DNA of 64,000 bases. It comes from Phycisphaerae bacterium. GTDB taxonomy: Bacteria; Planctomycetota; Phycisphaerae; UBA1845; Fen-1342. The stretch's first letter is position 1, and the number at the start of each line of letters is the position of its first letter. Shown here piece after piece: positions 50,713 through 61,553 of this stretch. The DNA lies in contig CAXXTC010000006.1 of assembly GCA_963666925.2 (NCBI GenBank), positions 69,197-133,196 of the forward strand, in the 5' to 3' direction. The notes below the pieces were generated by a model. The model did no database searches, was not told the DNA's origin, and saw only the letters and a list, made by a program, of their open reading frames with translations. The position numbers and the translations under genes were made by a program.

Positions 50713-53079
50713 TTAAAACGACGCCCCAAACGCGAAGTTGAACACCTGCGTATCGTCGTCGTCATCCTTGGCGATCGGGAAACCAAAATCGAACACGATC
50801 GGCACCGGCCCAAAGAAATCAACCTGCACACGCAGCCCAAAACCAACCGCCGCCCGCCACGAACTGATCGTCAGATCTTCTTCGACCGTACCCATGTCGA
50901 GAAACGTCACGCCGCGGAACGTCTTGCCGTACAGCGGAAAAGAGTATTCCGCCCCGGTAAGCAGGATGAGTTTGCCGCCGATGGGATTGTTGAAAATGCC
51001 CGAACGCGGCGATACCCCGCGGAAACCAAAGCCGCGCAGCGATCCGAACCCGCCGGCATAAAACCGCTCAAACACCGGCGCATCGCCCACGATATAGGCC
51101 GCGTCGGCCCGCATCGCAAAGATGCTCTTGCGATCCAGAATGTCGGTGCGCAGCGTCTTGTACCAGGCGAAACTCGCCGACGGCTTGCCGAACCGATGAT
51201 CGCCGCCCAGCGCGCCAACCTGCTCCCAACTGAACGACAGCCGATAACCTTCCGACGGCAGCATTCGGCTGTCGGTCGTGTCGCGAACGATCGTGCCCTT
51301 GAGCGCCGTCAGCAGATGATCGCCCTTCGCTTCGCGAATATCTCGGGCCGGGAACGGATCCAGATCAGTGATACTGACGCCCTCGATACGGGTGGCACCC
51401 TCCAGCGCCCAGCCGTCCAGCACGCCCCCGCTGAACCGTTTGCTCAGGCTCAGCGTGAAGCCCAGACGCTCCTCGTTGTACGCCTCACGCCCACGCTGGA
51501 ACAGATAGACCGACGTATCGAGACGCACGGGACGATCGAGCAAATACGGCTCGGTAAAAGTAACCCGAAACCGGCTGACCTCGGTACCCGGCTCGGCCTG
51601 GAACAGCAGCCGCTGCCCGTCGCCCTTGAACGCCCGTCCGCGGAAAAACTCGCCCCACGACCGCGGCCAGTCGCCGATGTCAAAGTTGCGATTGTCGATC
51701 GTCAGCGAGCCCATCACGCCGCTATCGGTGCTCACACCAAAGCCGATGAGGAACTTCGTCGTCTCGGTTTCCTCGACCTGCACCAGCGCCTCACGCTGCC
51801 CGCCTTCATAGCGCAGCGGCACGATCTCGACCCCGTCCGGACGAAACAGCCCCAGCTCGCGGATACGCTGCTCGGCCTTGCGCACGGCCACGCTGTTATA
51901 CAGCTCCCCGGGATAGAAGCGCAGCTCGCGCCGCACGACTTCGTCCTTGGTTTGTCGGTTCCCGCGGATGGTGATTCGCCCGAAGCGCGACTGCTCATTC
52001 TCGCTGACCACGACGCGCAGCACGACCACACCCGGTTCGTCAAGGAAGTCTGACCGCGTGTCGATCCGCGCGTCGATGTAGCCCAACTCACCATATTTGT
52101 CGACCAGGTGGCGCACATCGGTCCGGATGGCCTCGCTCCGCATATAGTCGCCGGGCTCGACGGCCATCACGCCGCGCAGCGAGTCGTCGTCAAAGACGGT
52201 ATTGCCGGCAAAGACGATTTCGTACACGCGATAGCGCGGCCCCTCCTCGATCACGAACACCAGGTTGACGTCTTCACGCTTCACCGGGTCAAAATCGAGC
52301 CGATAGCCGACGCGCGCGTCTAGGTACCCCTCGTCGCGGTAGAGGTTCTGAATGGCCAGCGTATCGCGTTCGGCCTGTTCCTCGTCGAGCGCGCCGGTGC
52401 GGAACAGCCAGAAATAGGTACGCGTCTCGACGCGCGAACGCAGCCGACGCGGCCCATATGCACGATTACCCTCAAAGCTGATGTGCCGCACCTTGACGCG
52501 CGGTCCCTCGGTGATCTGGTAAACCGCCCGCCCCGTGCTGCGCAGCGTGGCCTCGTCCAGCGTAACCTCGGCGTAGTAATAGCCCGCCTGATGATACTTA
52601 TTGAGGATGTCACGCCGGGCACGCCGCAGCTCATACGCGTCCACAACCGCCCCCGCGGTCGGCGTCAGCTCGTACAGCTCCAGGTCCGTAAACTTCTTAT
52701 TGCCGATGATCTCAACCGACACCAGCGTGGGCTTCTCCTGGATGGTGAACGTGACCACGACCTCGCCGGCCTCGACGTCCGTCGTCGCGAAAGCGTTGAG
52801 GAACTTGCGCGAACGCAGCAGTGTGCGGACGTCCTCCTCGATTTGTCGCGTCGAAAACGGCTGTGCCGGGCGGGTTTTCACCAGCCGCCGCACGTACGCT
52901 TCGCTGAGTGCTTCCAGCCCGCGGATCTCGACCCGCCGGACCTGCATCCCGTCGCGGACGTCGCTTTGTTGGGCGAAGCTCGCCACATCCCCCCCAAGCA
53001 GCAACGCCAGCAGTAGCAGTGCTCCGCCCCAACGCTGGCACTGACCCATCAAGCCGCACGGATTAGCTCTCTCACGCAC
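50713..53079 (-). CDS. bamA: Outer membrane protein assembly factor BamA
   Basis: Tandem POTRA repeats (I.GN...RREL), FYAGG..SLRGF, C-terminal FAFGASF. Confidence 0.95.
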   Translation of the reverse strand: MRERANPCGLMGQCQRWGGALLLLALLLGGDVASFAQQSDVRDGMQVRRVEIRGLEALSEAYVRRLVKTRPAQPFSTRQIEEDVRTLLRSRKFLNAFATTDVEAGEVVVTFTIQEKPTLVSVEIIGNKKFTDLELYELTPTAGAVVDAYELRRARRDILNKYHQAGYYYAEVTLDEATLRSTGRAVYQITEGPRVKVRHISFEGNRAYGPRRLRSRVETRTYFWLFRTGALDEEQAERDTLAIQNLYRDEGYLDARVGYRLDFDPVKREDVNLVFVIEEGPRYRVYEIVFAGNTVFDDDSLRGVMAVEPGDYMRSEAIRTDVRHLVDKYGELGYIDARIDTRSDFLDEPGVVVLRVVVSENEQSRFGRITIRGNRQTKDEVVRRELRFYPGELYNSVAVRKAEQRIRELGLFRPDGVEIVPLRYEGGQREALVQVEETETTKFLIGFGVSTDSGVMGSLTIDNRNFDIGDWPRSWGEFFRGRAFKGDGQRLLFQAEPGTEVSRFRVTFTEPYLLDRPVRLDTSVYLFQRGREAYNEERLGFTLSLSKRFSGGVLDGWALEGATRIEGVSITDLDPFPARDIREAKGDHLLTALKGTIVRDTTDSRMLPSEGYRLSFSWEQVGALGGDHRFGKPSASFAWYKTLRTDILDRKSIFAMRADAAYIVGDAPVFERFYAGGFGSLRGFGFRGVSPRSGIFNNPIGGKLILLTGAEYSFPLYGKTFRGVTFLDMGTVEEDLTISSWRAAVGFGLRVQVDFFGPVPIVFDFGFPIAKDDDDDTQVFNFAFGASF

Positions 53080-53261
53080 GCCGCACCATGTTTCGGAGTT
53101 GTGGAAGTGAACGTCTCCGGTCTCTCACGCCCGAAGACCGCGCCGCAATTGCCGAGTAATATACCCCCTAGCCGCCGGCCCGGCCACCGGGCATGCACCG
53201 CGCGTCGTTACGCGGCGCTGCCCACAACCACGCCGGCAACACAGGTCGTGGAGACCGCTGC

Positions 53262-54005
53262 ATGCCAGCACCAGCGCCCCGCATAGGTATATCGAGCGAC
53301 ATCGAGTGTGCCGCCGACGCCGATCCCCCGCGCGAGCAAACCTGCCTGCTCACGGCCTACACCGATTCGATCTTCGCCGCCGGCGGGCTGCCCTGTCCGC
53401 TGCCCGTGCCGGGCGAGTGGGACGACCACCGCATCGACTTCCTGCTCGACCAAATCGACGGCCTCATGCTCACCGGCGGCTTCGACCTCCACCCACATCA
53501 CTACACCACCGACCCCCAGCATCCGGCCTCCACCCTGCTGCCCGAGCACCGGGACCGGTTCGAGTGGGATCTCTGCCGACGTGCCGACCAACGCCGCATC
53601 CCCATCCTCGCCATCTGCCTGGGCATGCAGTTCCTGCACGTCCTCCGCGGCGGCCGGCTGATTCAACACCTCGGCGATCTGGATTCGACCCCCGCGATCA
53701 CCCACCGTCTGACCCACAGTCGCAACGCGTTTCACCCCGTCAGCATCGCTCCCGGCTCACACTTGGCCGATGTGCTCGGCACGACCACGCTCGAGGTCAG
53801 CAGCCGCCACCACCAGGCGGTCGATCCGGCCCATCAGGGCAGAAACCTCCAGCCCGTGGCCTGGGCCCCCGACGGCGTCCTCGAAGCAAGCGAAGATTGT
53901 GTCGGCCGATTCCTGCTGGCGGTCCAATGGCACCCCGAGGATCTGATCGACCGCCCGGAGCACCTGCAACTATTCAAAGCACTAGTAGCCGCCTCACGCC
54001 ACTAG
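53262..54005 (+). CDS. Peptidase C26 / gamma-glutamyl-gamma-aminobutyrate hydrolase family
   Basis: DGLMLTGG.D, RDRFE, LAICLGMQ, SRHHQAV, AVQWHPE. Confidence 0.92.
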   Translation: MPAPAPRIGISSDIECAADADPPREQTCLLTAYTDSIFAAGGLPCPLPVPGEWDDHRIDFLLDQIDGLMLTGGFDLHPHHYTTDPQHPASTLLPEHRDRFEWDLCRRADQRRIPILAICLGMQFLHVLRGGRLIQHLGDLDSTPAITHRLTHSRNAFHPVSIAPGSHLADVLGTTTLEVSSRHHQAVDPAHQGRNLQPVAWAPDGVLEASEDCVGRFLLAVQWHPEDLIDRPEHLQLFKALVAASRH

Positions 54006-54008
54006 CCG

Positions 54009-54914
54009 CTATTCGTCCTCATCCGCCGGGAAGGCTGTCGCCAGTGCTTCCAGGTAGGCCCAGTTTTCGTTGATCTGTGCCCGCAGCACGTCCAGGTCGA
54101 GCAGGTTTGAGCGGTAGCGCCGCTGTCGCGTGATGTACTCCTCGACGGGAGTGCCGTCGGGGCGCGCGTTGATGCGATACCGCCGCCCGTCGAACACCTC
54201 GTACACCGAAAACAGCCCGGAACCAACCGCTTTGCGGATCAGGTCGACGCTCTCGGATGGTTCAGATTTCCAGCCTGTCGGGCACGGCGACAACATCAGC
54301 AAAAAGCGGAACCCCTTCATATGCGCCGCCTTCCTGACCTTTCTCAGGAAGTCGTCCCTATGCGCGACGGACAGCGTCGCCGCATACGGAATGCGGTGGG
54401 CGGCCATAAGGGCCATGATGTCTTTCTTGTTCTCTTCCTTACCCTGTGCGGTCGTCGAGGTCTTGGCTCCTTTCGGCGTGGCGCTGCTGCGCTGCCCGCC
54501 GGTGTTGCCGTAGATCTCGTTGTCGTAGCAGATGTAGAGGATGTCCTCGTTGCGTTCGGCCGCGGCCGACAGCGTGGCGATACCGATGTCATAGGTACCG
54601 CCGTCGCCGCACCAACTGATCGTCAGGTCGTCCTCGTTGTTCATCGTGCGAACGGCCGACACGCCCGTAGCGACCGCCGCCGAGCTGGCAAATGTGCAGG
54701 CGATGGTCGGCACGCCGTAGGCGCTGGTGGGAAACGAACCGGCCGTGACGATCCCGCAACAGGCGGGGATGCACATGGTGGGCCGGGCGCCGTCGAGCGC
54801 CTGTTCGAGCCATTGCAGGCCGATGGACATACCGCAGCCGGCGCAGTTGGTGTTGCCGGGGCGCAGAATTCCGTCGCAGCGGTCGAGTATATCGGGCGAC
54901 GCGCTGGTGCTCAT
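54009..54914 (-). CDS. porB: Pyruvate/2-oxoacid:ferredoxin oxidoreductase beta subunit
   Basis: CAGCG, GDGGTYDIG, YDNEIYGNTGGQRS.ATP, SPCPTGW. Confidence 0.92.
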   Translation of the reverse strand: MSTSASPDILDRCDGILRPGNTNCAGCGMSIGLQWLEQALDGARPTMCIPACCGIVTAGSFPTSAYGVPTIACTFASSAAVATGVSAVRTMNNEDDLTISWCGDGGTYDIGIATLSAAAERNEDILYICYDNEIYGNTGGQRSSATPKGAKTSTTAQGKEENKKDIMALMAAHRIPYAATLSVAHRDDFLRKVRKAAHMKGFRFLLMLSPCPTGWKSEPSESVDLIRKAVGSGLFSVYEVFDGRRYRINARPDGTPVEEYITRQRRYRSNLLDLDVLRAQINENWAYLEALATAFPADEDE

Positions 54915-56080
54915 GCGTTCACCTCTTTCCACACGGGGGGTTGCTCTTCTTTGCGCGCCAGGAGGTCATCGATGACCTGGCTGATCAGCGGCGGTGTCAC
55001 GTCGCCGCCGCCCAGCCCGATCAGGTAATCCTGCACGAGCAGATCGGTGCGTTTGCGCAGCGTGGTGGCGACCTCGCCCCAGAAAATGCCGCCCGAGCCG
55101 GGCGAGATGTTGCGATCGAGCACGCCTACGCGCTTGGCCGAGCCGATCGCCTTGATCAGCGCTTCACGCGGGAATGGCCGGAAGGTCTTCGCGTTGATCA
55201 GCCCGAGCTTCTCGCCCTTCTCGCGACGCTGTTTGATGACGTTCCGCGCCGTGCGGACCATCGTGTTGCACGCGATCAGCACCGCGTCGGCGTCCTCGGT
55301 GTGCTCCGCCTTCAGCAGCCCAAGCGGACGGCGCCCGAAGATCTTCTCAAACTCGTCAATGGCCTCCGCCAACACTTCCGGCACGCGCTCCATGGCCTGC
55401 TCGATCTCACGCCGGTGGTGTTCCGTGTGATGCGGCCAGCTCATCCCGCCATACGTTATGCCGCTGCCGGTGATCTGGTGCGGCACGTGGCAACGCGGCA
55501 GGTACTTGTCGACCAGTTCCTGCTCGGGCAGGTCCACGACCATCTGCGTGTGCGAGACCACGAAGCCGTCCTGCGCGATCAGCGCCGGCAGCATGATGCG
55601 CTTGTCCTCGGCCACGCGGAACCCGACCAGAATGGTGTCCACCAGCTCCTGGTGCGACTCCGCGTAAAACTGCATCCACGGCGCATCACGCAGCGACAGC
55701 GTGTCGCCCTGGTCCGTCCAGATGTTCCACGGCGGGCCGAGCGTCCGGTTCACACCGATCATCACGATCGGCAGCCGGTAGTAACCCGCCGCGAAGATGT
55801 TCTCGTTCATGTACGCCAGACCGTTAGACGAGCTGGCGGTAAAAGACCGCGCACCGGCCAGCGATCCGCCGATGCAGACGGCCATGGCGCTGTGTTCCGA
55901 CTCCACCGCGACTACACGCCCCCTGGTGAAGTTGAACGCCCGCAGAAACTCGATGATCTCGGTTTGCGGAGTGATCGGATAGGCGCCGCAGATGGCACCG
56001 CGTCCGTCCCGGTTGGCCTCACCGGCACATGCCAGTGTATGGCCCGCCGCGTGGTTGCCGGTCACCAATGCCCGTGCCAC
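54911..56080 (-). CDS. porA: Pyruvate/2-oxoacid:ferredoxin oxidoreductase alpha subunit
   Basis: AYPITPQTEI, ESEHSA, TASSSNGL, NR, DGFVVSHT, FRPFP, GLGG. Confidence 0.93.
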   Translation of the reverse strand: MARALVTGNHAAGHTLACAGEANRDGRGAICGAYPITPQTEIIEFLRAFNFTRGRVVAVESEHSAMAVCIGGSLAGARSFTASSSNGLAYMNENIFAAGYYRLPIVMIGVNRTLGPPWNIWTDQGDTLSLRDAPWMQFYAESHQELVDTILVGFRVAEDKRIMLPALIAQDGFVVSHTQMVVDLPEQELVDKYLPRCHVPHQITGSGITYGGMSWPHHTEHHRREIEQAMERVPEVLAEAIDEFEKIFGRRPLGLLKAEHTEDADAVLIACNTMVRTARNVIKQRREKGEKLGLINAKTFRPFPREALIKAIGSAKRVGVLDRNISPGSGGIFWGEVATTLRKRTDLLVQDYLIGLGGGDVTPPLISQVIDDLLARKEEQPPVWKEVNA

Positions 56081-56160
56081 TTCGCTCTCCTCTCTGGCAC
56101 TTCAACCTTTAGAACGGGCCCCGGCGCCCACGTCGGACGCCCGCGGTCCACGTTCGGCTG

Positions 56161-58377
56161 CTACAGTTCGGCCATGTATACAACGCCGCGGGGACACTGT
56201 GACGCGCACACCCCGCAGCCCTTGCAATAGTCGTAGTTAAACGTGTACTCCGCGTCGCCGCTGTGCTGCATCACCCCTTCCGGGCAGAACGTCAGGCACC
56301 GGTCACACTCGTTGCACACGCCGCAACTCAGGCACCGCTCGGCCTCCAGCATCGCCGACTCGTGCCCCGGCTCGTCAATCAGCCCCAGCCGCACTTCTGT
56401 AAAGCTGCTGTGCCGAACCTTCGCCGGAACCGTTACGCCACGTTCTCGCTGTTGATGACCGAAGGCGTGGAACGTCATCACCTCCGGCCCCGCTACCGCC
56501 GGCTGCTCCTGCGGGAACAGGTCTTCGTCCGCCAGTGTCCGGTGAATGTGCAGCGCTGCTCGCCGACCACTGCCGACCGCCGCCGTCACCGTGCCATCGT
56601 TCGTAGCCAGGTCACCACCCGCAAAGATCGGACACTGCGTCAGACCCAGCAGTTCTGCACCATCCTTGACGTCCGCACCTTCCGGAAAGACTGACAGGTC
56701 CGGCGACTGGCCCAGTGCCAGCAGCACCCGGTCACAACGCAGCTCAAACTGCGCATCCTCGCTCTCGATCCGCACCGGCCGGCGCCGGCCGGATTCGTCC
56801 GGCTCACCCAGCTTCATCCGCTGACAAGTGAGCACCGGGCCGTTGGCATCCTTGTGCAACCGGAGCGGCGCTACCAGCTCCTGCAACTCGATGCCTTCCT
56901 CCAGCGCCTCTTCAATCTCTTCCTCAATCGCCGGCATCTCGTTCCGCGTCCGGCGATATATAACGGTTACGTGACGGGCGCCGATACGCCGCGCCGAACG
57001 GGCCGCGTCCATCGCCGTGTTGCCACCGCCGACAACCACCACGCGCTGTCCCGTGAGATACTCTTCGCCCTGACGCACGCGATCGAGAAAATCGATGCCC
57101 TGCGTGACCATCTCTTTGGTCGTCTGGCCCAGATTAAGCGCTCGCAGCTCCTGGAGCCCCGTGGCGACAAAGATGGCCGCAAACTGCTCGGACAGCTCAA
57201 CCAGGACCTTCCGATTGATAAACGTGTCGGTGCGGGCCTCGACCCCATGACGCAAAATAAAGCTGATCTCCCGATCAAGCACGTCACGCGGCAGCCGGTA
57301 GGACGGGATGCCTGTGCGCATCACGCCACCCAATTCCCGGCCAGCCTCGAACAGCGTCACCGGATAGCCCTGACGCGCCAGGTGGTATGCCGCCGCCAAC
57401 CCCGCCGGCCCCGAACCAATCACCGCCACCTTCTCTTTTCGCGTCGGCTTGGTTACGTCCGGCCAGCGACCATGATCCGCGACGTAACGCTCAATCTCAC
57501 GCACATTGACCGCCTCGTCGTGCTCCGCACGGTTGCAAACCTCCATACACGGCGCTGGACAAACCCGCCCGCATGTCCCCGGAAACGGCGACGTTTGCAG
57601 CACAATCCGCAACGCCTCGTCATAGTCCTTCTTTGCCACCGCCTGAACAAACCCACGCACATCGTTGCCCGCAGGGCACCCGTTGTTGCACGGCGGCGTC
57701 AGCTCATGACGCTTCGGCTGACTCGTCGCCCAGTCACCCGTCTGAATCACCGGCATGCCCCCAAGGTCGTCGTCGAACATGCTCGACGCCCGACCCTTGG
57801 CCGGCGGTACCGTAACCTGGAGCTTCCCCTTCAGCTTGCCCGATTGGACCCGCTCAAACGCCTGCCGCGCCGACGTCACATTCGCCCCGCCAAAACCGAC
57901 CAGATCGAGCGCACCCTCAACGTCGCTCAGCTCCAAACCCAGCACCTTGCTGATCGCCCCCAGCATCGTCGTGTTCACAATCGGAACAGCCTTCGTACCC
58001 AGACCGTTCTCGACCGCAATCGCCGTCGCGTCGACCGTCGCCACGTGTCGACCGGGGAACATCTCGCCAAAATACTCCGGCGGACGCGGCGAGTTCAGGA
58101 TGATCCACCCTTCAGGCTTGAGGCCGAGCGCCACCCGCGGTGCAATCAAACGTCCGTCAATCACGACCACGTGGTCCGGCTCACGCACCTGATTGTGGTT
58201 CGTGACCTCCTCGTCGTCGATTCGCACAAACGCCTGCACCGGTGCTCCCGAACGCTCGGCCGCATACACGCCGAACGCCTGCACCCACTTGTCACGCAGG
58301 AAATAGGCCGATGAAATGAGTTTCGCGAGCGTGACACCTCCCTGTCCGCCGCGACCATGAATAGTGATTTCAGTCAT
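56161..58377 (-). CDS. Fusion: POR gamma subunit + GltD-like FAD/NAD(P)/4Fe-4S oxidoreductase + delta-type 2x[4Fe-4S] ferredoxin
   Basis: HGRGGQG...ERSGAPV (gamma); PCNNGCP..CGRVCPAPC...C, GSGPAG, GGGNTAMD..YRR (GltD); CLSCGVCNECDRCLTFCP and YCKGCGVCASQCP (delta). Confidence 0.92.
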   Translation of the reverse strand: MTEITIHGRGGQGGVTLAKLISSAYFLRDKWVQAFGVYAAERSGAPVQAFVRIDDEEVTNHNQVREPDHVVVIDGRLIAPRVALGLKPEGWIILNSPRPPEYFGEMFPGRHVATVDATAIAVENGLGTKAVPIVNTTMLGAISKVLGLELSDVEGALDLVGFGGANVTSARQAFERVQSGKLKGKLQVTVPPAKGRASSMFDDDLGGMPVIQTGDWATSQPKRHELTPPCNNGCPAGNDVRGFVQAVAKKDYDEALRIVLQTSPFPGTCGRVCPAPCMEVCNRAEHDEAVNVREIERYVADHGRWPDVTKPTRKEKVAVIGSGPAGLAAAYHLARQGYPVTLFEAGRELGGVMRTGIPSYRLPRDVLDREISFILRHGVEARTDTFINRKVLVELSEQFAAIFVATGLQELRALNLGQTTKEMVTQGIDFLDRVRQGEEYLTGQRVVVVGGGNTAMDAARSARRIGARHVTVIYRRTRNEMPAIEEEIEEALEEGIELQELVAPLRLHKDANGPVLTCQRMKLGEPDESGRRRPVRIESEDAQFELRCDRVLLALGQSPDLSVFPEGADVKDGAELLGLTQCPIFAGGDLATNDGTVTAAVGSGRRAALHIHRTLADEDLFPQEQPAVAGPEVMTFHAFGHQQRERGVTVPAKVRHSSFTEVRLGLIDEPGHESAMLEAERCLSCGVCNECDRCLTFCPEGVMQHSGDAEYTFNYDYCKGCGVCASQCPRGVVYMAEL

Positions 58378-58691
58378 GCTTCACCTGACATAATCTTCCG
58401 GCCCGCTGCGCGAAATGACGCACGGCCGGTGGGTAGACGGAATCGTGACCATGACCAGTCCGCCGCAAACGGTCCCGTGTTGCTGCATCGCGCTGTAGCA
58501 TAACCATAACATGCAATCGGCATTCCGATAAAGATCGACCGATAATATCACACAAACCAGCCTGTTAGAAGTGCTTGCAGACGTTTTCGGACTTTGCCAA
58601 ACCACGCGCCAAGCACTCAATCCACCTCGGAATGCGTGCTTTTCGTCCACTGCTGGGGCATCCGGCGCGACTGCTCACGCAAACGCCTCAC

Positions 58692-59759
58692 TCAAAACGC
58701 AACCCGGACCTTACCCTCTCGCCACTCCGCAATCAACGCCCGGAAGTCATCCAACGCCAGTGTCAGACGCTCCGTGCTCAACAACAACGCCTCATATAGC
58801 CGCGCGTCGGTCACAAATCGACCCAGCGTCCCCTCGCCCGAATTCACCTTCTCACCAATCTGGTCAAGCCGATCCAGGAAACGGTCCGCCCGGTCGAGTG
58901 TACCCACGGTGGCCTGGGCCACGTCGGTAAATTGTTGCTGGGCCTGGTCCAGCGCAGTCTCAGTCTTCCCAACCAGACGCCGGGCATCGCTCACCAACTC
59001 CCGAGATTCGCCCGACGCCTCTTCCAGGTTCGCCACCACTTTCTGCCCATGCTCAGACATATCATGGAAATTCGCGATCACATCCCGAATCTGGCTCTTA
59101 ACCTCCCCATCGCCCAAAACCTCGTTGTAGTGCTTCAACGCACTATCCATACGCGCCAACGCACTCGCCAGATTCCCCGGCGGACCACCCATCCGATCGA
59201 CTTCCTCTGGAGTTCGCGCCGCCACCAGGTTCCGAACCTCCGTCAGCACCGGCGTCAGCTCCTCAGCCGCATCACCAATCTGCCGCGCAGCCGTCTGAAA
59301 CGTCGTCACAACCCCAGGCGGGAAGATCGAATCGATCGCCGTACGCGTCGTCCCGTTCAGAAATGCACCAGCCTGCAAATATCCCGCTCCCGCCGGCCCG
59401 GGGATGATCTCGATCGGCGGACGACCCTGCCCCAGCACCGGCTCCGTCGTGCACGCCCGGCTACCAGCCGGAATCCGATACTCGTCATCAATGCTCACCA
59501 CCACGTTAACGCCCGCACCAAAATCCGCCGGGTCGTAAAGCTCCACCCGTTCCACCCGCCCCACCGCGATGCCGTGAACCGTCACTTGCGTACCCGCACG
59601 GATGCCAACCACCCGGTCAAACCGCACGTTCAGGTCGTATGCCCGGCCGGCCACCATCCACGTCGGGCCCCGCCCAAACATGATGATCAGGCTGCCCAGA
59701 ATGCCCAGACCCACCAGCACGACCGCACCGACCAGCAGGTTGCGACGTGTCTCTGCCAT
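58692..59759 (-). CDS. mlaD: MlaD/MCE family protein
   Basis: N-terminal TM, F..V.GI..GT.V...GI.VGRV, coiled coil, GEGTLGRFVTD.RLYE. Confidence 0.9.
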   Translation of the reverse strand: MAETRRNLLVGAVVLVGLGILGSLIIMFGRGPTWMVAGRAYDLNVRFDRVVGIRAGTQVTVHGIAVGRVERVELYDPADFGAGVNVVVSIDDEYRIPAGSRACTTEPVLGQGRPPIEIIPGPAGAGYLQAGAFLNGTTRTAIDSIFPPGVVTTFQTAARQIGDAAEELTPVLTEVRNLVAARTPEEVDRMGGPPGNLASALARMDSALKHYNEVLGDGEVKSQIRDVIANFHDMSEHGQKVVANLEEASGESRELVSDARRLVGKTETALDQAQQQFTDVAQATVGTLDRADRFLDRLDQIGEKVNSGEGTLGRFVTDARLYEALLLSTERLTLALDDFRALIAEWREGKVRVAF

Positions 59760-59887
59760 CTTCTGCACTCCTCGGGGTCGATTCCGCGTGAACCACCGCA
59801 TCCTGACGCGGTATAAACCAGTGAACCCGCGCCGTTGTCACGGACCGGCCCCAATACTACACTGATCCCCGGAACAAGGAGAACACC

Positions 59888-60274
59888 GTGGCCGAGAGTT
59901 TGACTGGCAAAAAGATCCTCGTCGTCGACGACGACCCCGACATCGTCTCGGCCATCTCCGTTGCACTCGGCGACACAAACGCGGAAATCGCCACTGCCAA
60001 CGACGGCAATTCAGCCGTCAAGCTCGCAGAAGAGACCGATTTCGACCTCGTAATCCTCGATATCATGCTCCCCCAGAAGAGCGGCTTCCTCGTCCTCGAA
60101 CGACTGCGCAAGGGAAAATCCCGCGGACAGCCCCCACGCGTAATCATGATCACCGGAAACCAGGGACAGCGACATCGGGCCTATGCCGAAGCCCTCGGCG
60201 TCGACGACTACCTCAACAAACCCTTCCGCATGGAGCGACTCCTCGAAGCCGTCGAACGCCTGCTGACCGACTGA
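59888..60274 (+). CDS. Single-domain response regulator
   Basis: ILVVDDD, DLVILDIMLP, ITG, YLNKPF. Confidence 0.95.
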   Translation: MAESLTGKKILVVDDDPDIVSAISVALGDTNAEIATANDGNSAVKLAEETDFDLVILDIMLPQKSGFLVLERLRKGKSRGQPPRVIMITGNQGQRHRAYAEALGVDDYLNKPFRMERLLEAVERLLTD

Positions 60275-60359
60275 CCGCCGCCCCCAGCCCGACCCTCCCC
60301 TGGTGTTGACGTCATACGTTGCGGCCGCGAATATATCCAATTCCTGTACTGGTCGATGC

Positions 60360-60454
60360 TAGGGCGTTTTCGACGAACTCGTAGCGTATTAATATCCAAA
60401 GTGCCCTGGAGAATCCGGCAGGGAAGCCGTTACGAGTTAGTAGAGCTTGCTCTA
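60360..60454. mobile_element. MITE-like dispersed repeat, copy 2
   Basis: TAGGGCGTTTTCGACGAACTCGTAGCGT...CCTGGAGAAT.CGGCAGGGA...GTAGAGCTTGCTCTA; homologous to 42293-42385. Confidence 0.75.
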
Positions 60455-60534
60455 ATCCGCCAGATTTGACGGGCCGCTGGGCCAGCCGGCCACGCGCCCG
60501 CACCGAACCTCGAATCCGAGAGGAAGTATCCATC

Positions 60535-61374
60535 ATGCTCAGTTTGTTGACCACGACAATGATGTTGCTCCTGGTACCCCAGGTCCCCCCGCCAGTCGAA
60601 GGCCCCGTTGCCGAGCCCAATTTCACCGTCGGACCGCTCAGCGTCGAACTCGTCGCCATGCGCGAGATCCGCCTCGAAATCAGCGACCAGCCCGACCGCA
60701 GCGCCGCCCAGTCAAACTTCGCCATGCAGATCCGCGTCAGCGGCGAAAAGCTCAAACGCATGTCACGCTACGGAAACCTCATCATCGACGAGGCCCTCAC
60801 CGACAACGATGTCTCCCTCGTCGACGAAAAGAGCTTCCCCGAAGAGATGCGCACCGCCACCCGCGCCAACACTGTCCCGCCAGAGCGGCTCAGCCAAACC
60901 GGCCTGCTCCTGGCGGCCCAGACCAAGCTCGCCCCCCGCGCCGCGACGACCATCGCCAAGCTCCGCGGCAGCGTCCGGCTGATCCTCGCCGACGAAGCCC
61001 GGCCGATAACGATCGACAACCCGGTGCAGTTCTACGGCAAGACGATCGACAACCCGCAGCTCAAGGAGCTGGGTGTCGAGGTCAGCATTGTCCCCGTCGA
61101 CCAGTTGGAGCAATCCCCGCCCACCGGCCGCACGATCGCGTTGCACTACACGGCCAAGGAAGAGAACGTCAAGCAGGTTACGTTTGTGGACGGCTGGATG
61201 AAGGCGGTCCCGGTACGTCAGGGAGCGGCCACGACCAAGTCTGGCGAGCAGGTCGCGGTTTATTACCTGGAGCCGAACGACATCACTGACGAGTTGCAGA
61301 TGGTCATGGAGATCCACCCGCAGGTCGAGGAAATCGTCCTGCCAGTAGAAATCGACGACCTGAAACTGCCCTAA
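60535..61374 (+). CDS. Hypothetical secreted beta-rich protein
   Basis: Hydrophobic N-terminus after a GAGG SD; host-like codon usage; ends IDDLKLP. Confidence 0.75.
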   Translation: MLSLLTTTMMLLLVPQVPPPVEGPVAEPNFTVGPLSVELVAMREIRLEISDQPDRSAAQSNFAMQIRVSGEKLKRMSRYGNLIIDEALTDNDVSLVDEKSFPEEMRTATRANTVPPERLSQTGLLLAAQTKLAPRAATTIAKLRGSVRLILADEARPITIDNPVQFYGKTIDNPQLKELGVEVSIVPVDQLEQSPPTGRTIALHYTAKEENVKQVTFVDGWMKAVPVRQGAATTKSGEQVAVYYLEPNDITDELQMVMEIHPQVEEIVLPVEIDDLKLP

Positions 61375-61553
61375 TTCACGGATCGCGATGTGGGGGAGCA
61401 ATCATCAACGCCGGCCCCACAACACCGGACCGAGCGTCCATCTCTCCTTGCGCCGACCGTCAGGATGCAGCCGACTGTACCGGGCAGTTCTTGGCCGGCT
61501 CCGTGCACGTGAATTGACGAATTGCTACAACGCGCCTCCTCGGAAACACGTAG

